Assembly (NCBI GenBank): GCA_964447395.1
Contig: CAYUSO010000001.1
Location: forward strand, 73,003-137,002
Direction of reading: 5' to 3'
DNA: 64,000 nucleotides
From: an uncultured Rhizobium sp.
GTDB lineage: Bacteria > Pseudomonadota > Alphaproteobacteria > Rickettsiales > UBA1997
A program made the position numbers and the translations under genes. Each line of letters opens with the position of its first letter. Position 1 is the first letter of the stretch. The notes under the pieces are model-generated. The model searched no databases, was not told where the DNA came from, and worked only from the letters and a program-made list of their open reading frames with translations. Below, piece by piece: positions 43,102 through 51,229 of this stretch.

Positions 43102-45993
43102 ATGATTTCTAAGATTCTGCAAAAACTCGGAAGAAAAAATCAGATGTCCGCGTCAGCAAATTCCATCTCACTCAATTCCAGCGGTAAAAAAACGATAAAG
43201 AAAAAAATTGCCACTCGCTTTGAGCGCATCTCTTACTACTTCGCCCTCTTCTTCTTTGGTCGCAATGAATATTACCACGACAAAATCGTAAAACGCAGCG
43301 AATACGATCCAAGCTATCCGACAAAGTTCCGCAAGATTCGCAAAAGACATGAGCAGATTTTTCATCCAAAAAAATCAGCAACAGAAAAAATGGATTTGGG
43401 ACGCGCCTATTCGATTTTTTCTTACGTCCTACTTTTTCTAATCATTGGCTGGCTAGCGCTAAACAGTTTCATGATCCATCGCAATTTTTGGATCGCGCTA
43501 GATAAGCAAACGAAATTCCAAAGTAGTGTGATTGAAAAAGCTGCAACCGCAGTAATGAGCGCCGTCGATAATTACCTAAACTATGTCGGCGACAAACTCC
43601 TTACTCTTCACGGCGAAAGAGATAAAAAAATTATCGCACAAGTTCTGAAAAAAACTCTCAACAAAGATGCGATTCAGCGCAACGTTTCTTCTTGGATCAA
43701 CATTAACTTCGTCGATAAAAATGGGAAAATTACCATAACTTCTGACGATGGCGCTCTCGCTACTCCTATCGATCCCAATCCCTATTTCCCAATTAACGAA
43801 GCTCAAAGAAAAAACGCCTGGCGCCTTAAAGTCGGCAAAATGATTCACATCGATACCGATATCACTTCTTACGACATGCTTCCTGTCGCACTTCGCATCG
43901 ATTACGATGATCTGCAACCAATAGGAACCTTCATTGCGCAACTACCGCTTGAAGTTATGCAGCGCCAAATTGATTGGGTTTTCGGCGATGAAGATATTTG
44001 CTACATGCTACTCGACAACAACTACGACTTGCTCGCCCGCTCAGAAAATTTTCCGCGCGAAGATTTTAAAAAAGAAAAATTACAATCCGTTGGTAGCATA
44101 GATCGAATTGTGGAGCAAATGCGTGGCGCAATCACCGGAAATCTGCCGCAAGAATTTACGATGGGAAAATGCGTTTTTACCAGCTTCCAAAAATCCACCG
44201 AATATCACGTTGTTGCCATAACTGGCTATCATAAGGAACAGGCCTTCAATAACCTACTTTTTCAACTTCTAGTATCGGTTGGCCAATCTCTTGGTGTGGC
44301 GGTATTTTTTATGGGAACGATTTATGTTTTCCGTCGCATGAAAATCGCGCCGTTTTTGCGCGAATTAATTAACGCAAGAATCGCCGCCGAAGCCGCTAGT
44401 GTTGCGAAATCGCAATTCCTTTCCAACATGTCGCACGAATTGCGCACGCCAATGAATGGCATTATCGGAATGAGTCAGGCATTGCGCGAATCAAATTCGT
44501 TAAAAGATGATGAGCTTGACCAAGCTAACACGATTTATCGCTCCGCCGACGCACTGCTTTTAATCCTCAATGACATTTTAAATTTTTCAAAAATCGAAGC
44601 GCGAAAGATTGAATTAGAAATGATCACTTTCGATCTGCGCGATCTAATCGAGGACGTCGCCAACCTAATGTCCAACAGCGCTAACAACAAAGGTTTGGAG
44701 ATCATTACCAACGTCGATAACAGAATTCCACCTTCACTAATTTGCGATTCTGGGCGCATCAGACAAGTGATGAATAACCTCGTAAACAACGCGATAAAAT
44801 TCACTTATTACGGACAAATCTTTATCGATATTCAGCTGGAAAAAACCGAGGACGATTTCTTTTTTGTCAATTTCAACATTAGAGATAGCGGCATCGGGAT
44901 TCCGACAGAAAAAATTACCACCATGTTCACCGCCTTCACGCAGGTTGATATGTCAACCACGCGCAAATATGGCGGAACCGGACTTGGCCTTTCGATTTGC
45001 AAAGAACTTGTGGAATTGATGCATGGCAAAATCGGCGTCACTAGCGAACAAGGAAAAGGTTCAAATTTTTGGTTCACAATTCCGATGCAGGAATCTGACG
45101 TCAAAGAAGAAGATATTTACGCCAAGCAAAAATCAGAAATTATCGGTAGAAAAATTCTTCTCGTCGAAAACAACAAAATCGCGCAAAAAGTTTTTGGCGA
45201 TTACTTCACCGACCTGCAGCTACAAAATAAAATTATTGGGGTTTCAAATGATATTATTGAAACAAAAGACCGCTCCGATGCAATATTTGCCGAGCTTTGC
45301 AAATGCTGTGACAATGACACAATTCTGATCAGCCATAATTCGAAAACCAACATCGACGCTATCGAGATTGCCGAAAAAATTAAGAGCGATCCAAAGCTAA
45401 AAAATATTCCGCTAATCTTGCTAATTTCGATTCAGGAAAAATTAAAAATTTCGTCAGAAAAATTAAAACTTTTCACTCGCATCATAACCAAGCCAGTCAA
45501 GAAAGATCGTTTATTACTATCGCTATTTTTCGTACTAAAAATCACTTACTATGAAGAAGAAGGCGAGTTAGTTGAGTATGGCGAAATCAAAGAAGAGAAC
45601 ATTGAAAATAAAAACCTGCGAGTGCTTCTCTGCGAAGATAATGAAGTCAATATGAAGGTCGCGACAACGATTCTAAAACGTTTCAACTTCCATCTCGATC
45701 TTGCTGAAAATGGACAAGAAGCAGTAAACAAATTTATGCATGTGAAATATGACATCATTTTGATGGATTGCATGATGCCAGTAATGGACGGCTTCCAAGC
45801 CACTCAGAAAATCAGAGAAATGGAAAAAGAACGTGAAGAGAAAAAGCCAGTTTTGATTTTTGCACTAACTGCAAATGCTGGCGAAGATGATCGAAAAAAA
45901 TGCATCGATAACGGCATGGATGACTTTGTCTCAAAGCCAATCAAACGCGAATCAATGGAAGTTCTGCTGAAAAAATGGTCTATCGCAAAATGA
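43102..45993 (+). CDS. hybrid sensor histidine kinase / response regulator
   Basis: 963 aa. Two TM segments flank a periplasmic domain of about 270 aa. The H-box is FLSNMSHELRTPMNG, with the HATPase motifs NLVNNAIKFT, DSGIGI and GGTGLGLSI. A degenerate receiver-like region is followed by a canonical receiver (LLCEDNEVN...IILMDCMMPVMDG...K). Confidence 0.9.
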   Translation: MISKILQKLGRKNQMSASANSISLNSSGKKTIKKKIATRFERISYYFALFFFGRNEYYHDKIVKRSEYDPSYPTKFRKIRKRHEQIFHPKKSATEKMDLGRAYSIFSYVLLFLIIGWLALNSFMIHRNFWIALDKQTKFQSSVIEKAATAVMSAVDNYLNYVGDKLLTLHGERDKKIIAQVLKKTLNKDAIQRNVSSWININFVDKNGKITITSDDGALATPIDPNPYFPINEAQRKNAWRLKVGKMIHIDTDITSYDMLPVALRIDYDDLQPIGTFIAQLPLEVMQRQIDWVFGDEDICYMLLDNNYDLLARSENFPREDFKKEKLQSVGSIDRIVEQMRGAITGNLPQEFTMGKCVFTSFQKSTEYHVVAITGYHKEQAFNNLLFQLLVSVGQSLGVAVFFMGTIYVFRRMKIAPFLRELINARIAAEAASVAKSQFLSNMSHELRTPMNGIIGMSQALRESNSLKDDELDQANTIYRSADALLLILNDILNFSKIEARKIELEMITFDLRDLIEDVANLMSNSANNKGLEIITNVDNRIPPSLICDSGRIRQVMNNLVNNAIKFTYYGQIFIDIQLEKTEDDFFFVNFNIRDSGIGIPTEKITTMFTAFTQVDMSTTRKYGGTGLGLSICKELVELMHGKIGVTSEQGKGSNFWFTIPMQESDVKEEDIYAKQKSEIIGRKILLVENNKIAQKVFGDYFTDLQLQNKIIGVSNDIIETKDRSDAIFAELCKCCDNDTILISHNSKTNIDAIEIAEKIKSDPKLKNIPLILLISIQEKLKISSEKLKLFTRIITKPVKKDRLLLSLFFVLKITYYEEEGELVEYGEIKEENIENKNLRVLLCEDNEVNMKVATTILKRFNFHLDLAENGQEAVNKFMHVKYDIILMDCMMPVMDGFQATQKIREMEKEREEKKPVLIFALTANAGEDDRKKCIDNGMDDFVSKPIKRESMEVLLKKWSIAK

Positions 45994-46693
45994 GTTTTGT
46001 TAACTCGAGATGGTCAAAATAAACTGGCAGCGCGCCCTCGCCTCTCATGCCATCGCGCAATAAATCTTCTGAAATTGTTTTAGAAATTTGATGCGAAGAA
46101 TGACCAACAACTATCGGTGTGCAGCCAGAATTATAAGCACATTCCACGTCGGCAATCGTGTCGCCGACAAACCAAATCTCATCTTTTTTTGGATCTAAAC
46201 CAGAACCCAACAACGCCACTTCGACTGGCTTAGGGCTTGGCTTGTCAACATCGGAATCGGTCGATCCAATCAGGGCAAAAAATTTTTTATCAACCAACAA
46301 GGCCGCCGCTTCTTTGCGCAAAGTTGCACCGATTTTATTACTTACCACAAATTGCAAAATACCATTCTCTTCCAGCGTATTTATTAACTCCAAAGCGTGT
46401 GGCAAAAACTGAATATTGAGATGAATTGCGCGATAAGTGCTTTTGTAAATTTCGCCGGCCTTCTGCCATTCATCACCAAAAATTTCCGGAAAAGATTCGC
46501 GCATTGATTTGTGAACCGTGTCGCGCACTTTTTCCAAACCCCATTTATCGCGTCCCATTTTTTCCATTGTTGTATCAATGGCTTGTGCAATCAGCGGCCA
46601 AGTATCAACGAGAGTATTATCCCAATCGAAAATCACCGCTTTCGGTTTTCTTAAACGCAAAAAAGCTTCTTTGTTTTTTGTTAGATCTAACAT
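45980..46693 (-). CDS. HAD-superfamily hydrolase (phosphoglycolate phosphatase-like)
   Basis: 237 aa with VIFDWDNTLVDT, VVSNK and GDTIADV. Its 3' end overlaps the convergent kinase gene by 14 nt. Confidence 0.8.
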   Translation of the reverse strand: MLDLTKNKEAFLRLRKPKAVIFDWDNTLVDTWPLIAQAIDTTMEKMGRDKWGLEKVRDTVHKSMRESFPEIFGDEWQKAGEIYKSTYRAIHLNIQFLPHALELINTLEENGILQFVVSNKIGATLRKEAAALLVDKKFFALIGSTDSDVDKPSPKPVEVALLGSGLDPKKDEIWFVGDTIADVECAYNSGCTPIVVGHSSHQISKTISEDLLRDGMRGEGALPVYFDHLELTKLILR

Positions 46694-46720
46694 TTTTAAC
46701 TTAGTTCCCTGATTTTAACT

Positions 46721-46788
46721 TAGCTCCCCGAGCGAAGTCGAGGGGTTAAGAGTTTGTATAACAGCCTCTCTACTCCGCTCGAGGACCT
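46721..46788. repeat. REP-A palindromic element (right arm degenerate)
   Basis: TAGCTCCCCGAGCGAAGTCGAGGGG ... CTCTACTCCGCTCGAGGACC, lying between the fdxA 3' end and the HAD start. Confidence 0.8.
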
Positions 46789-46797
46789 CTGAATTTT

Positions 46798-47136
46798 TTA
46801 TTTTTCCTGTTTTGCTGGACGCGGATCGAAGAATTTTTCGAATTTATTTTTCATACCATCAAAATCTTTCGCGTCAGTTGGATGATCTTTTTTCTTGGTA
46901 ATCACCGGCCATTTTTTGGAATATTCGCGATTAATTTCGACCCATTTTGTTAAATCTGGCGATTCTGGCGAGATGGCTTCAGCTGGGCATTCAGGCACGC
47001 AAACTCCGCAATCGATGCAAGCATCAGGATCAATTACGAGCATATTTTCTCCTTCGTAAAAGCAATCAACTGGGCAGACGGAAACGCAATCGGTATATTT
47101 GCATTTCACGCAATTATCGGTGACGACATAGGTCAT
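46798..47136 (-). CDS. fdxA: 7Fe ferredoxin (3Fe-4S + 4Fe-4S)
   Basis: 112 aa with [29 protein letters not shown] and [12 protein letters not shown]. Confidence 0.9.
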   Translation of the reverse strand: MTYVVTDNCVKCKYTDCVSVCPVDCFYEGENMLVIDPDACIDCGVCVPECPAEAISPESPDLTKWVEINREYSKKWPVITKKKDHPTDAKDFDGMKNKFEKFFDPRPAKQEK

Positions 47137-47140
47137 AAAA

Positions 47141-47845
47141 TTAGGAATTACGAATTAAGAATTTTTTTTGATTAATCGCGGTTTTTACGCGCAACAAAGA
47201 AAGAAAAACAAAATAAGAAAAATAAACGCCAAACATCAAGAGCAGAGGTTTGAGCATTGAGGCGTGGATGGCCATGCCGCCTGAGCGCATGATGCTTGCT
47301 GGTTGATGAAGCGAGTTCCAATATTCCACTGAAAACTTAATGATCGGCACATTGATGAAGCCAACGATTGCAATGATTGCAGCGATTTTTTCTCCCTTCG
47401 TTTTATCGTCAAAAGCATCGAGCAAAATCATGTAGCCAAGATAGAGAAAAAACAAAATTAAAACCGAAGTTAAGCGTGCATCAAAAACCCACCAACTGCC
47501 CCAGATTGGCTTGCCCCAAAGGCTGCCGGTGATGAGAGTGATGAGCGTGAAAGTTGCGCCGATGATGGCGATTGATTTTGAAATGAGATAAAAAAATGGA
47601 TTTTTCCAGATGAAGCCTGAGATGTTAAAAATCGCCATCAGCGTATAAATCAGCAAAGCCATCCAAGCTGCCGGAACGTGAATATACATGATTCTAACCG
47701 CATTGCCTTGCTGATAATCGAGCGGCGAATTTATGATGGCGGGAATTGCCAAAACCAAAAATCCCAAAAAACATCCGAAAGAAAATGGCGCAAAAAAACG
47801 AAAATTTTTTTCGAAATTTTTGAAGAGGAAAAGTTTTTGAAACAT
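47141..47845 (-). CDS. ccmC: heme exporter protein C (cytochrome c maturation)
   Basis: 234 aa, polytopic. The WWD motif region is [21 protein letters not shown]. Confidence 0.9.
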   Translation of the reverse strand: MFQKLFLFKNFEKNFRFFAPFSFGCFLGFLVLAIPAIINSPLDYQQGNAVRIMYIHVPAAWMALLIYTLMAIFNISGFIWKNPFFYLISKSIAIIGATFTLITLITGSLWGKPIWGSWWVFDARLTSVLILFFLYLGYMILLDAFDDKTKGEKIAAIIAIVGFINVPIIKFSVEYWNSLHQPASIMRSGGMAIHASMLKPLLLMFGVYFSYFVFLSLLRVKTAINQKKFLIRNS

Positions 47846-47846
47846 T

Positions 47847-49100
47847 TTAAATCTTGCCCTGAATGTAGTGAATTAGCAGCTCCTGCTTCACTTTTTGTTC
47901 TTTGGAATTGTCAAAATCTTTCACCGAAACTTCGCCGTTTTTCATTTCATCTTCGCCGATAATTACGACAAAACGCGAGTTGTTTTGCGAAGCGCGTTTC
48001 ATTTGTTTTTTGAAATTTCCATCGAAAGTAAAATCAACCGCCAAGCCAGCATTGCGAAGCTTTTGTACTATTTCAAAAGCGTAGGTTTTTTCATTTTCCG
48101 AAATGTAATTCACTGAAATTGGACGCGCTTTTGGCAGATCAAATTTTGTAAGTATCATCAAGCGTTCAACGCCAGCAGCAAAGCCAATTGCTGGAACTTT
48201 TTTGCCACTCATTTTTTCGACGAGATTGTCGTAGCGACCTCCCGCCAAAACCGTGTTTTGCGCACCTTCGTGACTCATCACAAATTCAAAAACTGTTGAG
48301 GTGTAATAATCTAAACCACGCACCAAGCGTTGATTGACGCGGTTCTTCACGCCAAATTTTGCCAATAAATTCAAGATTGAATCAAAACGATTTTTCGCTT
48401 CCGCAGAAAAAAACTTAGAAATTTCTGGCGCGTCATTCAAAAGCTCAATGTCTTGCAACTCTTTAGAATCAAGGATTCGCAGCGGATTTTTTTCCAAACG
48501 AATTTGCGAATCGCGCGACAAATCATTTTTAAATTTTGCGAAATATTCGCTCAAAGCCACTTCATAATTTTTTTTCGTTTCGGCGCAGCCGAGAGAATTT
48601 ATTTCCAAAGTGGTTTGATCTAAAACTCCTAAATCCTTGAGAATAGCGGCTGCAAGCAATATCGCTTCAACATCACAAAATAAATTTTCTTCACCAAAAA
48701 TTTCAAAATTAATTTGATGGAACTGGCGCTGACGGCCTTTTTGCGGACGATCATAACGAAAAATCGGACCAGCAGAGAAAAATTTCCGCGGCAAAATTTG
48801 CTGCAATTCGCCATTTGAAATCAAGGCACGAACAATTCCCGCTGTAAATTCTGGACGCAGCGTAATGAAATTTTCTGAGCGATCCTGAAATTTATAAACT
48901 TCTTTCGCGACAATGTCTGAAGCCTCGCCGAGATTGCGCTCAAACACTTCGCTAAATTCAAAAATCGGCGTTTGCAATTCTTCAAAACCAAAATTTTTGC
49001 TACGATTTTTTGCCGAAGAAAGGATGTGATTAAAAATTTCGATCTCTTCGCCAAATAGGTCTTTTGTGCCTCGAACGGGCTGAAGCTTATGATCCGACAT
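47847..49100 (-). CDS. hisS: histidine-tRNA ligase
   Basis: 417 aa with VRGTKD, RYDRPQKGRQRQFHQ and GGRYDNL. Confidence 0.95.
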   Translation of the reverse strand: MSDHKLQPVRGTKDLFGEEIEIFNHILSSAKNRSKNFGFEELQTPIFEFSEVFERNLGEASDIVAKEVYKFQDRSENFITLRPEFTAGIVRALISNGELQQILPRKFFSAGPIFRYDRPQKGRQRQFHQINFEIFGEENLFCDVEAILLAAAILKDLGVLDQTTLEINSLGCAETKKNYEVALSEYFAKFKNDLSRDSQIRLEKNPLRILDSKELQDIELLNDAPEISKFFSAEAKNRFDSILNLLAKFGVKNRVNQRLVRGLDYYTSTVFEFVMSHEGAQNTVLAGGRYDNLVEKMSGKKVPAIGFAAGVERLMILTKFDLPKARPISVNYISENEKTYAFEIVQKLRNAGLAVDFTFDGNFKKQMKRASQNNSRFVVIIGEDEMKNGEVSVKDFDNSKEQKVKQELLIHYIQGKI

Positions 49101-49103
49101 GAA

Positions 49104-49195
49104 AAAATTAAGAATTTAGAATTAAGAATTGTAAGTTAAAACCTGTCTAAGAAACCGCGCCAAATCACTCTAAATTCACAATTCTTAATTCCAAT
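49104..49195. repeat. REP-C palindromic element
   Basis: A perfect 14-bp stem, GAATTAAGAATTGT (49119-49132) with ACAATTCTTAATTC (49178-49191), plus additional AAGAATT units. It fills the divergent hisS/lepA intergenic region. Confidence 0.85.
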
Positions 49196-49202
49196 TTCCT
49201 AA

Positions 49203-51002
49203 ATGAATTCCCTCTCCCACATTCGAAATTTTTCCATCGTTGCTCACATCGACCACGGCAAATCAACGCTCTCCGACCGCTTGATTCAAGAATGCGGCGC
49301 GATTGAGGAACGCGAAATGACATCGCAAATTCTCGATTCGATGGATATCGAAAAAGAGCGCGGCATCACGATTAAGGCCCAAACCGTACGCCTTTCCTAC
49401 AAGGCCGATGACGGAAAAACTTACATGCTGAATTTGATGGATACTCCCGGCCACGTTGATTTCGGATATGAAGTGAGTCGCTGTTTGGCAGCGTGCGAAG
49501 GTTCGATTTTGGTGGTCGATTCAACTCAAGGTGTGGAGGCGCAAACCCTCGCCAATGTTTATCAAGCCATAGACAATAACCACGAAATCGTGCCGGTTTT
49601 AAATAAAATCGATTTGCCGGCTTCCGATCCCGAATCAGTGAAGAAGCAGATCGAAGAGGTAATTGGCATTGACGCTTCCGAAGCAATTTTAGTTTCGGCA
49701 AAAACCGGCATTGGCATTCACGAAACTCTCGAAGCAGTGATAAAAAAATTGCCGGCGCCGAAGGGAAATCCCGACGGCGATTTCAAAGCACTTTTGATCG
49801 ATAGTTGGTATGATCCATATCTCGGCGTGATAGTGTTGGCGCGGGTTATCGATGGCTCGCTCAAAAAAGGTCAGAAGATAAAAATGATGGCGGCGAATGC
49901 CACTTACCAAGTTGATTCGGTCGGATTTTTCACGCCGAAAAAAATTTTTTGCGATGAATTAAAAGCTGGCGAAGTCGGTTTCATCAACGCGCAAATCAAA
50001 CAAGTTTCTGATTGTAAAGTTGGCGACACCATCGTTTTAGCCAGCAATGACAATGCTTCAGCGCTTCCAGGTTTCAAACAAAATCAGCCGGTAGTTTTCT
50101 GTGGAATTTATCCAATCGACGCTTCCGACTTCGAAAAATTTCGCGATGCGCTCGGAAAATTACACCTCAACGATGCCAGTTTCGAATATGAAACTGAAAC
50201 TTCCTCAGCTCTCGGATACGGCTTCCGCTGCGGCTTCCTCGGCCTTTTGCATTTGGAGATTGTTTTGGAAAGATTGGAAAGAGAATTTGATTTAGATCTC
50301 ATCACCACCGCGCCTTCTGTGATTTACAAAATTCACCTGCGCGATGCTTCAATGATTGAAATCCACAGCCCCGCCGAAATGCCAGATCCCGTCAAAATCG
50401 AAAAGATGGAAGAGCCGTGGATCAAGGCCACGATTATGACGCCGGATGAATATCTCGGCGCGGTACTTGATCTCTGCACACAAAAACGCGGCGTGCAAAA
50501 AGAGCTGAGCTACGTGGGAGACCGCGCCATGTTGGTTTATCGCCTGCCGCTCAACGAAATTGTTTACGATTTTTACGATCGCCTCAAATCCTGCTCGCGC
50601 GGCTATGCCAGCTTTGATTGGCAAATGGATGGTTATGAGGAAAGCCAATTGGTGAAATTAACCATCATGGTGAATGGCGAGCCAGTTGATGCGCTTTCTT
50701 TCATCACGCACAAAACTCACGCTGAAAGTCGAGGCCGAAAAATCTGCGCCAAGTTGAAAGATCTAATTCCGCGGCAAATGTTTGCGATTGCGATTCAAGC
50801 GGCAATTGGCGGAAAAATTATCGCGAGAGAAACCGTCGCCGCAATGCGCAAAGATGTGACCGCAAAATGCTATGGCGGTGATATTTCGCGGAAGAGAAAA
50901 CTTCTCGATAAGCAGAAAAAAGGTAAAAAGAAAATGCGCGAGATTGGGAATGTAGAGATTCCGCAGAGTGCGTTTTTGGCAGCGCTGCGGTTGGAGGATT
51001 AG
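49203..51002 (+). CDS. lepA: translation elongation factor 4
   Basis: 599 aa with [29 protein letters not shown] and a LepA C-terminal region. Confidence 0.95.
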   Translation: MNSLSHIRNFSIVAHIDHGKSTLSDRLIQECGAIEEREMTSQILDSMDIEKERGITIKAQTVRLSYKADDGKTYMLNLMDTPGHVDFGYEVSRCLAACEGSILVVDSTQGVEAQTLANVYQAIDNNHEIVPVLNKIDLPASDPESVKKQIEEVIGIDASEAILVSAKTGIGIHETLEAVIKKLPAPKGNPDGDFKALLIDSWYDPYLGVIVLARVIDGSLKKGQKIKMMAANATYQVDSVGFFTPKKIFCDELKAGEVGFINAQIKQVSDCKVGDTIVLASNDNASALPGFKQNQPVVFCGIYPIDASDFEKFRDALGKLHLNDASFEYETETSSALGYGFRCGFLGLLHLEIVLERLEREFDLDLITTAPSVIYKIHLRDASMIEIHSPAEMPDPVKIEKMEEPWIKATIMTPDEYLGAVLDLCTQKRGVQKELSYVGDRAMLVYRLPLNEIVYDFYDRLKSCSRGYASFDWQMDGYEESQLVKLTIMVNGEPVDALSFITHKTHAESRGRKICAKLKDLIPRQMFAIAIQAAIGGKIIARETVAAMRKDVTAKCYGGDISRKRKLLDKQKKGKKKMREIGNVEIPQSAFLAALRLED

Positions 51003-51085
51003 AAATTTTTTCTTTGTAAAAATTTGGTTTTGCGCCGCTTCGCGGTCGAAAATTTGGGATTTATCCTATGGCAGACTAAAATTTC

Positions 51086-51219
51086 TCAGCTCCCCGAGCA
51101 AAATTCTTAGTTCCCCGAGCGGAGTCGAGGGGTAGGAAAGCAAACTCATAACCCCTCGACTCCGCTCGGGGAACTAAGAATTTTGCTCGGGGAGTTAAGA
51201 ATTTTGCTCGGGGAGCTGA
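51086..51219. repeat. REP-A palindromic element, nested/composite form
   Basis: The outer arms are AGCTCCCCGAGCAAAATTCTT with AAGAATTTTGCTCGGGGAG, the right arm being duplicated. They enclose the inner arms AGTTCCCCGAGCGGAGTCGAGGGG and CCCCTCGACTCCGCTCGGGGAACT. The element lies between the convergent lepA and giant ORF. Confidence 0.95.
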
Positions 51220-51229
51220 AGTTAAAAAA

